From the NCBI GenBank assembly GCA_023213195.1, contig CP096135.1, positions 558,548-622,547 on the forward strand: a stretch of DNA of 64,000 nt, written 5' to 3'. Source of the DNA: Sphingobacteriales bacterium JAD_PAG50586_3. GTDB taxonomy: Bacteria > Bacteroidota > Bacteroidia > CAMBQF01. Of the stretch, positions 32,487-42,169 are shown one piece after another. The notes under the pieces are model-generated. The model worked only from the letters and a program-made list of their open reading frames with translations. It had not been told where the DNA came from and made no database searches. Position 1 is the first letter of the stretch; the number at the start of each line of letters is the position of its first letter. A program made the position numbers and the translations under genes.

Positions 32487-32978
32487 ATGCAAAACAATAC
32501 TCTTTGGCAAAAGGTACAAGCTTTTGAATTAGACGATCCTGCTGCAGATTTCAGCTTTTCAGACAGGCTTGCTAGGGAGAATGGATGGAGCCTTGAGTAT
32601 GCCATTAGAACTATAGCGGAATATAAAAAATTTATGTACCTGCTGTGTATTGCCAATCATCCATTAACACCACCAGACCAGGTAGACCAGGTTTGGCACC
32701 TGCATTTAATTTACACACGTTCTTATTGGGAAGATTTTTGCCGCGATACGTTAGGGAAACAAATACACCATGGGCCTACCAAAGGTGGCGACGCGGAACG
32801 AGGTAAGTTTACCGATTGGTACACTAAAACCAAAGAATTATATGCTGTTGAATTTGGAGCCATCCCTCCCGCTGACATTTGGCCCGATAGTGAAACCCGC
32901 TTTAAAGAGATAAATTTTTTAAGGGTTAACATTGACGCAAACTGGATTATAAAAAAGCCTTCTATATTTAAGCAATGA
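32487..32978 (+). CDS. Glycine-rich-domain-containing (GRDP/DUF1399-like) protein, stand-alone domain
   Basis: RLARENGWS, EYKKFMYL, VDQVWHLHLIYT.SYW..FC, IHHGPT.GG, PPADIWP. Confidence 0.75.
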   Translation: MQNNTLWQKVQAFELDDPAADFSFSDRLARENGWSLEYAIRTIAEYKKFMYLLCIANHPLTPPDQVDQVWHLHLIYTRSYWEDFCRDTLGKQIHHGPTKGGDAERGKFTDWYTKTKELYAVEFGAIPPADIWPDSETRFKEINFLRVNIDANWIIKKPSIFKQ

Positions 32979-33751
32979 ATTATTTAGCAACACTAAGCCC
33001 GGCGCAAAACCTTATCTTGTTAGGAAGAGGTTCTGCTGATTATAAATTGTTGCTAAAATCTACCTTGCTTGATTTAATGCTTAAACAAGTGCTTGAAAGC
33101 AACACTGTTATTAAACAGGCCAGCAAACACGACCCGGAAGTAGAATATACCTATATTACTGTCGGACCGGCTTTTAACAACCATATATATGATGATTATG
33201 AAAAGGCTTTCCTTTCTCCTTTTCTAAAAGACGGTAACTTTAAAGTGCTTTTTAGTAAGCTTGTTAAAATTGCGTATCAAAATACAACTACATCTAATCT
33301 ACATAACCAAGTTGCACGCTCTACCGATTTTAAAGTCTTTGTTAAACAAAACCTTTGGCAAAAATTAGTTGGAGGATATTCTTTTACTGTAGAGGGCTTT
33401 AGGGCTATGGACGATGTAAGGGCGGAGGTTGAAAAATTAGAAGGGGATATTGCAAATGAAACAGATAAGAATAAGCGGATACAATTGTTAAAACCCATTT
33501 ACGGCAACATACTTTTATTACAAGGCCTACCCGATGGTATGTTTGCAGAGTTTGATGAGGTTATTGCGAAGGAGTTTAATACTAAAAACGATTCCGGGTG
33601 CTCCGGTTGTGGCACATGGGTTGGCGTTGATAATTATTCCGATGGGTTTGACAGCGGATGCAGTGGCCACAGCAGTGGTTGCGGCGGAGATAGCGGGTGT
33701 TCGGGCTGCTCAGGTTGTGGTGGCTGCGGAGGTTGTGGCGGCGGAGATTAA
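32975..33751 (+). CDS. Hypothetical protein with Cys/Gly/Ser-rich C-terminal tail (TIGR04222-like tail)
   Basis: ATGA overlap with the upstream gene; ends DSGCSGC..DSGCSGHSSGCGGDSGCSGCSGCGGCGGCGGGD. Confidence 0.75.
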   Translation: MNYLATLSPAQNLILLGRGSADYKLLLKSTLLDLMLKQVLESNTVIKQASKHDPEVEYTYITVGPAFNNHIYDDYEKAFLSPFLKDGNFKVLFSKLVKIAYQNTTTSNLHNQVARSTDFKVFVKQNLWQKLVGGYSFTVEGFRAMDDVRAEVEKLEGDIANETDKNKRIQLLKPIYGNILLLQGLPDGMFAEFDEVIAKEFNTKNDSGCSGCGTWVGVDNYSDGFDSGCSGHSSGCGGDSGCSGCSGCGGCGGCGGGD

Positions 33752-34669
33752 ATCCTCCTTACATACAAATCTCGCAGGGCTGTACTCAATTCCGGAAATT
33801 TAAATTGAAACCCCGTAGCTAATAGCTTCTCTACTTTTACGTGTGTGCCCTCTAATACGGTAACACTCATTTCTCCGTAGGCTATGCGTATTGCAAATGC
33901 AGGTGCAGGTATTGGCAACATTGGCCTGTGTATCTGGTGCCCTAAAGCTTTGGTAAACGTGTTGCTGGTATCGTTTGCGGGCGCTGTGGCGTTGTAAGGG
34001 CCACTCATGCTTTCATCTTCCATAGCCTTTATGTAGATGTTGCATATATCGTCTATATGTATCCAGGGGAACGCCTGGTTGCCTGTTCCAACTGCTGCAA
34101 CAGGGCCAAATTTAGCTAAGGTCAGCTATTTTTTTAAGTGCCCCACCCTCAGTTGATAGCACAACACCCGTGCGGATGTTTGCCGTGCGTATATTCAGGT
34201 TTTTAATTTGGTTAACGGCATTTTCCCAAGCTATGCAGCATTGGCCTAAAAAATCGTTTCCGGGCGCGTCTGTTTCACTAAAAGGCTCATCTTGTGTTAC
34301 TGCTCCATAAAAACCCGTTGCCGATGCTGAAACCACCGCTTTTACCTTATTAGGTACATATTTTAACCTGTTATACAGTAACTCACTGCTTTTTACACGG
34401 CTTTCTATTATCTCACGCTTGCGTTCTTTAGTCCAGCCTTTATCAGCAATGCCTGCACCGGCTAAATGTATAATATAGTCGCAGTTGGTGAGGGCCTCAT
34501 CATCCATGGTGCCTTTTTCCACATCCCATAAATACACAGCACTATAAGCACTGTTGGGCTTTTTAATTTCCCGGCTAAGCAAACTAAGTGTATACCCTTT
34601 GTTGGTTAACAAGGTGGCTAGCCGTTTGCCCAGCAAGCCACTTCCTCCGGTAATTAAAACGTTTGGCAT
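33748..34669 (-). CDS. TIGR01777 family NAD-dependent epimerase/oxidoreductase, split at a CCWGG site
   Basis: ITGGSGLLG, IHLAGAGIA, SASATGFYG, RTGVVL, FPWIHIDD, GPYNATAP, GFQFKFP. Confidence 0.9.
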
Positions 34670-34717
34670 ATAAATTAAGACAGTTTAAGCGCTATTTTGT
34701 TGTTTCGGGTGCAATAA

Positions 34718-34745
34718 AAAACCCCGACTATACAGTCGGGGTTTT
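34718..34745 (-). terminator. Intrinsic terminator downstream of the ACIII/oxidase operon
   Basis: AAAACCCCGACT-atac-AGTCGGGGTTTT hairpin with A/T tracts. Confidence 0.8.
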
Positions 34746-34787
34746 CTTTATTTTAAGCCTTCTCGTTATGATGGGCTGAGAGTTCAA

Positions 34788-36584
34788 TTAATGACCTTCG
34801 TCCAACTCACCGTCTTCCATCGGTATGTTTTGCGGCACAAAGTCTTTGTCTTTACCCGGCTTGCTGTAGTCGTAAGCCCAACGGTAAACGTGAGGAATTT
34901 CGCCCGGCCAGTTACCGTGAATGTGCTGCACAGGGGCAGTCCACTCAAGGGTATTAGAGTTCCAAGGGTTTTGCGGTGCTTTAGGGCCACGAAAAACGCT
35001 GTAGAAGAAGTTAAATAAGAATATACCTTGTGCACAAGCTGCTAGTATTGCAAAGGTGGTTACCAATACGTTAATGTCTACTAAGCCATCAAACATTGGG
35101 AACTCTGTATTTGCATAGTAACGGCGTGGTACACCGGCTAAACCTAAAAAGTGTTGAGGGAAGAATACACCGTATGCACCAATAAATGTTAACCAGAAGT
35201 GAGCATAACCCAATTTCTTGTTCATCATGCGGCCATACATACGTGGGAACCAATGGTAAACACCGGCAAACATACCAAATATGGCAGAGCTACCCATTAC
35301 TATATGGAAGTGGGCAACAACGAAGTATGTATCGTGTACGTTAATGTCAAGGGCAGAGTCGCCAAGTATAATACCTGTTACACCACCGGTAATAAAGAAC
35401 GATACAAGACCGATAGCAAACATCATGGCGGGGGTAAGTACAAGGTTACCTTTCCATAGTGTGGTTAGGTAGTTAAATACTTTTACTGCTGATGGAATAG
35501 CTACCAATAGGGTTGTAAATACGAATACCGAACCTAAGAATGGATTCATACCCGTGATAAACATGTGGTGACCCCATACAATGAATGATAGGAAAGCAAT
35601 ACCCAACATAGACGCAATCATGGCGCGGTAGCCAAAGATTGGTTTACGAGAGTTGGTTGCAATAACTTCTGATGCTAAGCCTAGTGCCGGAAGAAGTACA
35701 ATGTAAACCTCTGGGTGACCCAAGAACCAAAATAAATGTTGGTATAAAATAGGAGAACCACCGGTTTGTTCTAACGCCTTACCGCCGATAAAAATATCAG
35801 ACAGGTAGAAGCTGGTACCCATGCTACGGTCAAAAATAAGCAGAAGGGCTGCGGCTAATAATACAGGGAAAGAAAGTACACCTAATATAGCTGTAATAAA
35901 GAAAGCCCAGATAGTAAGTGGTAAACGGGTCATCTTCATACCTACCGTACGTAGGTTGATGATTGTTACAATGTAGTTAAGGCTACCAAGTAATGATGAT
36001 ACAATGAAGATAGCCATAGATACTAACCATAAGGTCATACCTAAGCCAGAGCCCGGCATTGCCTGTGGTAATGCGCTTAATGGTGGGTAAACTGTCCATC
36101 CGCCCGATGCAGGACCGGTTTCAATAAATACCGAGTACAACATAAATGCACTTGATAAGAAGAAAAACCAGTAAGAAAGCATGTTAAGGAAACCCGATGC
36201 CATATCGCGTGCACCAACCTGAAAAGGAATAAGCAGGTTACTAAATGTACCACTTAAGCCACCGGTTAGTACAAAGAAAACCATAATGGTGCCGTGTATG
36301 GTAACCAAAGCCAAATAGAATGATGGGTCAAGGACACCATCTTTAGCCCATTTACCTAAAAAGGTTTCTAACCATGGGAATTTTTCGCCTGGGTATGCCA
36401 ATTGCAAACGGAATGCAATAGACATAAGCATGGCAAGAACACCCATAATAATAGCAGTTACTAAAAACTGCTTAGATATCATTTTATGGTCTTGGCTAAA
36501 AACGTATTTAGTAAAAAACGTTTCGTGGTGGTGGTGATCGTGATGATCGTCCGCTGCGTGGCCATGATCAATTACGTGAGACAT
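34788..36584 (-). CDS. ctaD: Cytochrome c oxidase subunit I (A-type heme-copper oxidase)
   Basis: GWTVYPPLS, FWFLGHPEVY, VWGHHM, HDTYFVVAHFH, PRRY. Confidence 0.95.
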   Translation of the reverse strand: MSHVIDHGHAADDHHDHHHHETFFTKYVFSQDHKMISKQFLVTAIIMGVLAMLMSIAFRLQLAYPGEKFPWLETFLGKWAKDGVLDPSFYLALVTIHGTIMVFFVLTGGLSGTFSNLLIPFQVGARDMASGFLNMLSYWFFFLSSAFMLYSVFIETGPASGGWTVYPPLSALPQAMPGSGLGMTLWLVSMAIFIVSSLLGSLNYIVTIINLRTVGMKMTRLPLTIWAFFITAILGVLSFPVLLAAALLLIFDRSMGTSFYLSDIFIGGKALEQTGGSPILYQHLFWFLGHPEVYIVLLPALGLASEVIATNSRKPIFGYRAMIASMLGIAFLSFIVWGHHMFITGMNPFLGSVFVFTTLLVAIPSAVKVFNYLTTLWKGNLVLTPAMMFAIGLVSFFITGGVTGIILGDSALDINVHDTYFVVAHFHIVMGSSAIFGMFAGVYHWFPRMYGRMMNKKLGYAHFWLTFIGAYGVFFPQHFLGLAGVPRRYYANTEFPMFDGLVDINVLVTTFAILAACAQGIFLFNFFYSVFRGPKAPQNPWNSNTLEWTAPVQHIHGNWPGEIPHVYRWAYDYSKPGKDKDFVPQNIPMEDGELDEGH

Positions 36585-36633
36585 AGTACTTATCTTTTTG
36601 TATTATAAAAAATATCTTTTATTCAAATAATAA

Positions 36634-38070
36634 TTACATACCCCCTGCCGATTTAGCGGCAGCCGGTGGAACAATAGCTGAGCTATCTGCCTTTGCCACA
36701 GGTACAGCGGTGCTGTCGCCTTCAGTTGCATTGGAAGCTAAAACAGAGCCGAACGTTTTTTGTTCTTTAACCCACTTATCATAGCTGGCTTGGTCTTCTA
36801 CCACAATAACCATTTTCATGTTATAGTGTGCGTTGCCACAAATTTTGTTGCACAACAAGTAATACTCAAAGTTAGGGTTGTTGGTAATCTTACGCATTTC
36901 TGCGGTGGTAATGGTAGGGGTCATTGCAAAGTTTGTTTTCATACCCGGTACCGCATTCATTTGTGTGCGGAAGTGAGGCATATACGCACTATGGATAACA
37001 TCTTGTGCACGGAATTGGAATACAATTGCCTTGTTAACCGGAATGTGGAATTCACCTTTTACCAGTAAGTCATCTTCAGAAGAAATAAAGCGTTTTTTAG
37101 CAAAAACCTCTATTGCTTTCTTCATACGCTCAAGGTGCTTAAGTTCATCAACAATAGCCATAACAGGCTTGCTGCTACCGGCCCATGCGTAAGGGTCTTC
37201 GTGGTGACCACCGCCATGTCCGCCTTCGGCAGGGTGTGCTTCAGGGTTTGGGGCAGGGGCGTGGTGTTCTGCAGGGGCAGCACCGTGGCCACCGCCATGC
37301 TCTTCGCCACCGCTATGGTGTGGGTCAATAGGCTTAGACTTTTTAGGGAATATTTTACCCTCCAGTTCTACCTGTACTTTAAGCTTAGCAGTTAATTCTG
37401 CTATTTGGTCGTCAATTTCTTTTAAGCGACCTTCAATAGCAGCCGGGGTAATTAAGCCTAATGCGTTAGTACCGTTAATCATTTGGTAATTAGCATCGCC
37501 TAGTTTATTATCTGTTCCGGCATAGCGGGCAGTCCAGTCAAACTGGCGGGCATAAAGCTCAATGTTAATAGGGTTTTCGTTAGCCGATACCGAAGTATGG
37601 TCGGTAACACTATTCCAAACACGTAAACCGTATATAATAAGCGCAGAAAGAACAATAGCAGGAACAATTGTCCAAACAGCCTCTAGCTTGTTGCTATGGG
37701 CAAAGAAATCGGCCTTACGCTCTTTTTTGTAACGGTATTTATTTAAAAAGAAGAACAACAATACGTTGCAAATAACAAACGGTATGGTAATAATAACCAT
37801 AGAAACATCCCATAGTTGGTCAATTTCTACACCGTGTTTAGAGGCAGATACCGGCAAAAGCTGGTCTTTCCATTTTAAAATACAGTAAAGGATAAACCCA
37901 AAAAACGCGAATATGAATAGTATGCCTAAGCGGCCATTCATACGGCTATCGGCCTCGGTAATTACCGGTGCTTCATCGGGCCTCAACTCTCTTGCTAGCT
38001 CGTAAATTTTAAGCAATTGAAAAATTGCTACTACGGCTAAGATGATTATTGCTAATATCAGAAAATCCAT
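36634..38070 (-). CDS. ctaC: Cytochrome c oxidase subunit II with a long His-rich insertion
   Basis: LEAVWTIVP, ARQFDW, DVIHS, CNKICGNAHYNM CuA motif. Confidence 0.92.
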   Translation of the reverse strand: MDFLILAIIILAVVAIFQLLKIYELARELRPDEAPVITEADSRMNGRLGILFIFAFFGFILYCILKWKDQLLPVSASKHGVEIDQLWDVSMVIITIPFVICNVLLFFFLNKYRYKKERKADFFAHSNKLEAVWTIVPAIVLSALIIYGLRVWNSVTDHTSVSANENPINIELYARQFDWTARYAGTDNKLGDANYQMINGTNALGLITPAAIEGRLKEIDDQIAELTAKLKVQVELEGKIFPKKSKPIDPHHSGGEEHGGGHGAAPAEHHAPAPNPEAHPAEGGHGGGHHEDPYAWAGSSKPVMAIVDELKHLERMKKAIEVFAKKRFISSEDDLLVKGEFHIPVNKAIVFQFRAQDVIHSAYMPHFRTQMNAVPGMKTNFAMTPTITTAEMRKITNNPNFEYYLLCNKICGNAHYNMKMVIVVEDQASYDKWVKEQKTFGSVLASNATEGDSTAVPVAKADSSAIVPPAAAKSAGGM

Positions 38071-38093
38071 GTTATTATATCTTCGTTAGCTTA

Positions 38094-38228
38094 TTATTGC
38101 TGGTTATTATTATCTTCTTTCTTTTCTACGTACTCTGTAAACAACGTGCCCGATAGTTTTTTAATTTCTACTGCCTGTGCTGCAGCAACTAAACCTAAAA
38201 GACATACTGTTAATATTAAAAAGCTCAT
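38094..38228 (-). CDS. Unannotated 44-aa single-TM protein between actF and cox II
   Basis: MSFLILTVCLLGLVAAAQAVEIKKLSGTLFTEYVEKKEDNNNQQ*; ATG 8 nt after the actF stop, stop 23 nt before the cox II ATG. Confidence 0.6.
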   Translation of the reverse strand: MSFLILTVCLLGLVAAAQAVEIKKLSGTLFTEYVEKKEDNNNQQ

Positions 38229-38236
38229 ACTGCCTG

Positions 38237-39433
38237 TTATATATGGTGGTGCAAGCTCTCTTCCAAAAATGGGTGGTTTTTAGGTTCTGTTGGTGCTTTA
38301 GTTAAGCTCCTGTGTACAATAAACAGGAACAAGCCAAGGAAGAACATAAAAGTACCTATTTCCATAATGCCGTAGTGTAGTTTCTCGCCTACAGTGCCGG
38401 GCATTACAATTATAAACATATCAGACCAATGGCCAAGGAATATGATAGAACCCACAAATGCAAGTATACCTGCGTGGCGTTTAGCATCGCGCATCATTAG
38501 CATAAAGAATGGGAACACAAAGTTGATGGCTATGTTAGCAAGCATTAAGCCTTTGTAAGACTCAAAACGGGCTAAGTAGTAAGTTACCTCCTCTGGTATG
38601 TTTGCATACCATATAAGCATAAACTGAGAGAACCAAATGTAGGTCCAGAATACAGAGAACGCAAACATAAACTTACCAATATCGTGTAGGTGGTTTTCAT
38701 TAACACCCGGTAAAAATCCTTTGCTTTTTAGGTAAACGGTAAACAATACAATGGTAATTAGACCGCTGATAAACATACCGGCAAAAATGTACCAGCCAAA
38801 CATGGTAGAGAACCAGTGTGTGTCTATAGATAAAATCCAGTGCCATGCCGATGTTGAAGATGAAACGGCAAAGAAAACAACAAACCAGGCCGCCATAAAG
38901 TAGTTCTTCATGTGGTTGGTAGTGCCGCCAATGGTATCTTCTTCAATAGAACGTTTGCGGAAAACCCAGGTAAAAGCACACCAGCCTACTAGGTATATAA
39001 TAGTTGCAATCCAAAAGAAGGGCAGGTTTAAGAAACCTGATTTGCCTGCAATAATCTCATCGTAGTGAGGGCTTGCGGGGTCCATTATACCTTCGTGTTG
39101 CCAGTGGTATAAGTGGTGGCCACCACCTGCTAATACCAAAGCAAATATTCCGGCGCCAACAAAAATGTATTGGCTTACGCCTTCAAATACACGTTTAATT
39201 GCAGAGTACCAACCCGATTGGCCAATGTATTGAACCGCCATAAAGAATGTGGCAGCCAACGATATAGCCATAAAAAAGAACGAGTTAATAAACATGTTAG
39301 CCCAAAAGCGGGTTGTGTTATGGCCTTCGCCAAAAGGATTAAGAGTAACTGCCCCGTATATTATTGAAGCCAATCCTACTATCATCAATCCAAAAAAGAT
39401 GTTTCGGGTGCGGTTAGATATAACGTAATTCAT
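38237..39433 (-). CDS. actF: Alternative complex III membrane subunit ActF
   Basis: Multi-pass; WILSIDTHWFSTMFGWY, HLHDIGKFMFAFSVFWTYIWFSQFMLIWYANIPEE. Confidence 0.9.
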   Translation of the reverse strand: MNYVISNRTRNIFFGLMIVGLASIIYGAVTLNPFGEGHNTTRFWANMFINSFFFMAISLAATFFMAVQYIGQSGWYSAIKRVFEGVSQYIFVGAGIFALVLAGGGHHLYHWQHEGIMDPASPHYDEIIAGKSGFLNLPFFWIATIIYLVGWCAFTWVFRKRSIEEDTIGGTTNHMKNYFMAAWFVVFFAVSSSTSAWHWILSIDTHWFSTMFGWYIFAGMFISGLITIVLFTVYLKSKGFLPGVNENHLHDIGKFMFAFSVFWTYIWFSQFMLIWYANIPEEVTYYLARFESYKGLMLANIAINFVFPFFMLMMRDAKRHAGILAFVGSIIFLGHWSDMFIIVMPGTVGEKLHYGIMEIGTFMFFLGLFLFIVHRSLTKAPTEPKNHPFLEESLHHHI

Positions 39434-39447
39434 CTCTTCTCAGGGGG

Positions 39448-40088
39448 TTATTTCGTTTTAGTACTGTCTTTAGCTGCAGCTGCTGTAGTATCGGTTGCTG
39501 CGGCACCGCCTTTTGTAAGGTTTGTACATAGCGTACAACAGACCAACGCTCAGTCATATTTAATTGCGATGAATGAGAGCCCATCATGTTTTTACCATAC
39601 ATAAGGGTGTGGTACATTTTACCCTCGGGCAGGTCTTTTAACTGTGCTTGGTACGATGGCACACCGGCAAACTTACCACCGGTAACTAACCAGCCTTGTC
39701 CGTCGCCTGCTTCGCCATGGCAATGCACGCAATAAATACCATAAAGGCGTTTGCCTTCTGCTATAATAGGGGCAGTTGCCGCTAGTGGCGATTTTAAGCT
39801 AGTACCTGCAGCCTCATACCCTTCGTTAGTATTTGGGTACTCGTAAGGCACATAGTTAGTGTACATACCGTTGCGCGGTATAGTACCTTTAACAGGTAAA
39901 CGTGCGCCTGTGCTGTCTGCAAATACAGGGTTAACTTCGTAAGCCTTGTAAGAGGCGCTACGGTACATGTCGGGCATGTATTCAAAGCCTGGGCTGGCAG
40001 GGTCGCTTTTGCAGCTTTCAAGCGCAAACATTGCACCTGTAGTAACTACAGCAACCAGTAAACCCGATTTAATTTTTCTCATTTTCAT
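39448..40088 (-). CDS. actE: Alternative complex III monoheme cytochrome c lipoprotein ActE
   Basis: Lipobox LES-C, YMPDM, CVHCH, MMGSH; the true stop is probably at 39448 after a poly-A slip. Confidence 0.9.
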
Positions 40089-40115
40089 CGTAAAACGCTT
40101 CAGTATATCAGGGTC

Positions 40116-40658
40116 TTATCGTTCTTTAATTTCGCTTGCGCCGGTTTGTTTCAAAAGGTAAACAACCTCGTCGTATTTGGCGTCCCAGTTATCGCTCATG
40201 TTAATTTCCATAATGAATTTATCATCAGTAGAACGTGGGTCGGGGTTACGAGGGTTAAAACCTGGCAATAAGCGGTTTAACAATAGGTATGTAATAGACA
40301 TACCGTGGGCGGCGCAAAATACTGTACTCTCAAACAACACCGGCACAAAGGCAGGGAAGTTGGCAGCAAATGTCCAGTTGGGTTTACCGCCTACGTTAAT
40401 GGGCCAATCGCTAATAAGCATGTACCAAATCATTAAAACAGCCAGTGAAAAACCGGTGGCACCAAACACAAACGCTGCAACAGATACGTTGGTACGCTTG
40501 TGGCCTATTACAGGGTCTATACCATGGATAGGGAACGGTGAGTAAACGTTGGCTACAGAAATGCGGTTGGCGCGGAACACCTTGGCGCTTTGCAGCAAGT
40601 CATCGTCATCGTCAAAAATGCCGTAAATAATTGATGGATTATATTTTACTTCGCTCAT
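40116..40658 (-). CDS. actD: Alternative complex III subunit ActD (DUF3341)
   Basis: YSPFPIHG, DWPINVGGKP, PAFVPVLFE, DPRSTDDKF. Confidence 0.9.
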   Translation of the reverse strand: MSEVKYNPSIIYGIFDDDDDLLQSAKVFRANRISVANVYSPFPIHGIDPVIGHKRTNVSVAAFVFGATGFSLAVLMIWYMLISDWPINVGGKPNWTFAANFPAFVPVLFESTVFCAAHGMSITYLLLNRLLPGFNPRNPDPRSTDDKFIMEINMSDNWDAKYDEVVYLLKQTGASEIKER

Positions 40659-40678
40659 CGCTATTAAATCTCTTAGTA

Positions 40679-42139
40679 TTAATGATGCTCTTCGCCGTGT
40701 ATTGCAGCACCGCTTTTTCCTTTGCGGCTTTCCAATATAAGGTCTTCTATTTTATATTCAGGCTGTGGGCTTGTACGTTTGTATTTGCCGGTAGCCTTTA
40801 ATATCGTTTTCAACTCGTTTAATGCAATTACAGGGAATGTGCGGGCAAACAACAGGAACATTACAAAGAATAAACCTATAGAGCCTACAAAAATACCAAT
40901 ATCAACAAACGATGGGTGGAACATCATCCAGCTTGATGGAAGGTAGTCGCGGTGAAGTGATGTAACAATAATTACAAAACGCTCAAACCACATACCTATG
41001 TTTACAAATATAGAGATGATGAAAGTGGCTACTAAGCTCTTACGGATTTTAGGGAACCAGAATAGCTGAGGGGTAACAACGTTACAGGTCATCATGCTCC
41101 AGTAAGCCCACCAGTAAGGACCAGTAGCACGGTTAAGGAAAGCGTATTGCTCATACTCTACACCAGAGTACCAAGACATAAATAACTCTGTTAAGTAAGC
41201 TACACCTACAATAGAACCGGTAAGGATGATGATTTTATTCATCGCCTCTACGTGGGCTACGGTAATGTATGCTTCTAAACCTAATACTTTACGTACAATC
41301 AACATAAGGGTTAATACCATTGCAAAACCCGAGAAGATAGCACCTGCCACAAAGTATGGCGGGAAGATGGTGGTATGCCAACCCGGAATTACCGATGTTG
41401 CAAAGTCCATAGATACAATGGTGTGTACAGAAAGTACCAGTGGGGTAGATAAACCTGCAAGTACTAAAGATACCTCCTCAAAACGGGCCCAGGCTTTAGC
41501 GTTACCTGTCCAGCCGAAGCTTAGTAGGGTGTAAGCTTTTTTAGCTGCCGGGGTAATGGCACGGTCGCGAACGGTAGCAAAGTCAGGAATAAGACCAATG
41601 TACCAAAACACTAACGATACCGAGAAATAGGTAGAGATTGCAAATACGTCCCAAAGAAGTGGCGAGTTAAAGTTAGCCCACAACGAACCAAATTGGTTAG
41701 GAAGGGGTAACACCCAGTAGCCAACCCATACACGGCCCATGTGGAATACCGGGTAAATGGCGGCGCAAATTACCGCGAAGATGGTCATAGCCTCTGCAGC
41801 GCGGTTAATAGACATACGCCAGCGCTGGCGGAATAATAAAAGAATTGCCGAGATAAGTGTACCGGCGTGGCCGATACCAATCCACCAAACGAAGTTGGTA
41901 ATATCCCATGCCCATTCTACCGATTTGTTCAAACCCCAAACACCTAAACCGGTGCCTACGGTATATGCAATAAGGCCTATACCCCAAAGCATTGTAATGA
42001 AAGAAAGGCCGAATACTACGTACCAAAGCTTATTGGCGCGTGTTTCTATAGGGCGGCAAATATCTACGGTAATGTCGTGGTACGACTTCTCTCCTAAAAT
42101 TAGAGGCTCGCGTAGATTATTTGAAGGTGCGTGTGCCAT
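40679..42139 (-). CDS. actC: Alternative complex III subunit ActC (NrfD/PsrC family)
   Basis: WDITNFVWWIGIGHAGTLISA, RAAEAMT, HMGR, PLLWDVFA, GMWFERF. Confidence 0.95.
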   Translation of the reverse strand: MAHAPSNNLREPLILGEKSYHDITVDICRPIETRANKLWYVVFGLSFITMLWGIGLIAYTVGTGLGVWGLNKSVEWAWDITNFVWWIGIGHAGTLISAILLLFRQRWRMSINRAAEAMTIFAVICAAIYPVFHMGRVWVGYWVLPLPNQFGSLWANFNSPLLWDVFAISTYFSVSLVFWYIGLIPDFATVRDRAITPAAKKAYTLLSFGWTGNAKAWARFEEVSLVLAGLSTPLVLSVHTIVSMDFATSVIPGWHTTIFPPYFVAGAIFSGFAMVLTLMLIVRKVLGLEAYITVAHVEAMNKIIILTGSIVGVAYLTELFMSWYSGVEYEQYAFLNRATGPYWWAYWSMMTCNVVTPQLFWFPKIRKSLVATFIISIFVNIGMWFERFVIIVTSLHRDYLPSSWMMFHPSFVDIGIFVGSIGLFFVMFLLFARTFPVIALNELKTILKATGKYKRTSPQPEYKIEDLILESRKGKSGAAIHGEEHH

Positions 42140-42169
42140 ATATCTTTTGCTGTCTAAATCCTTTTAATA

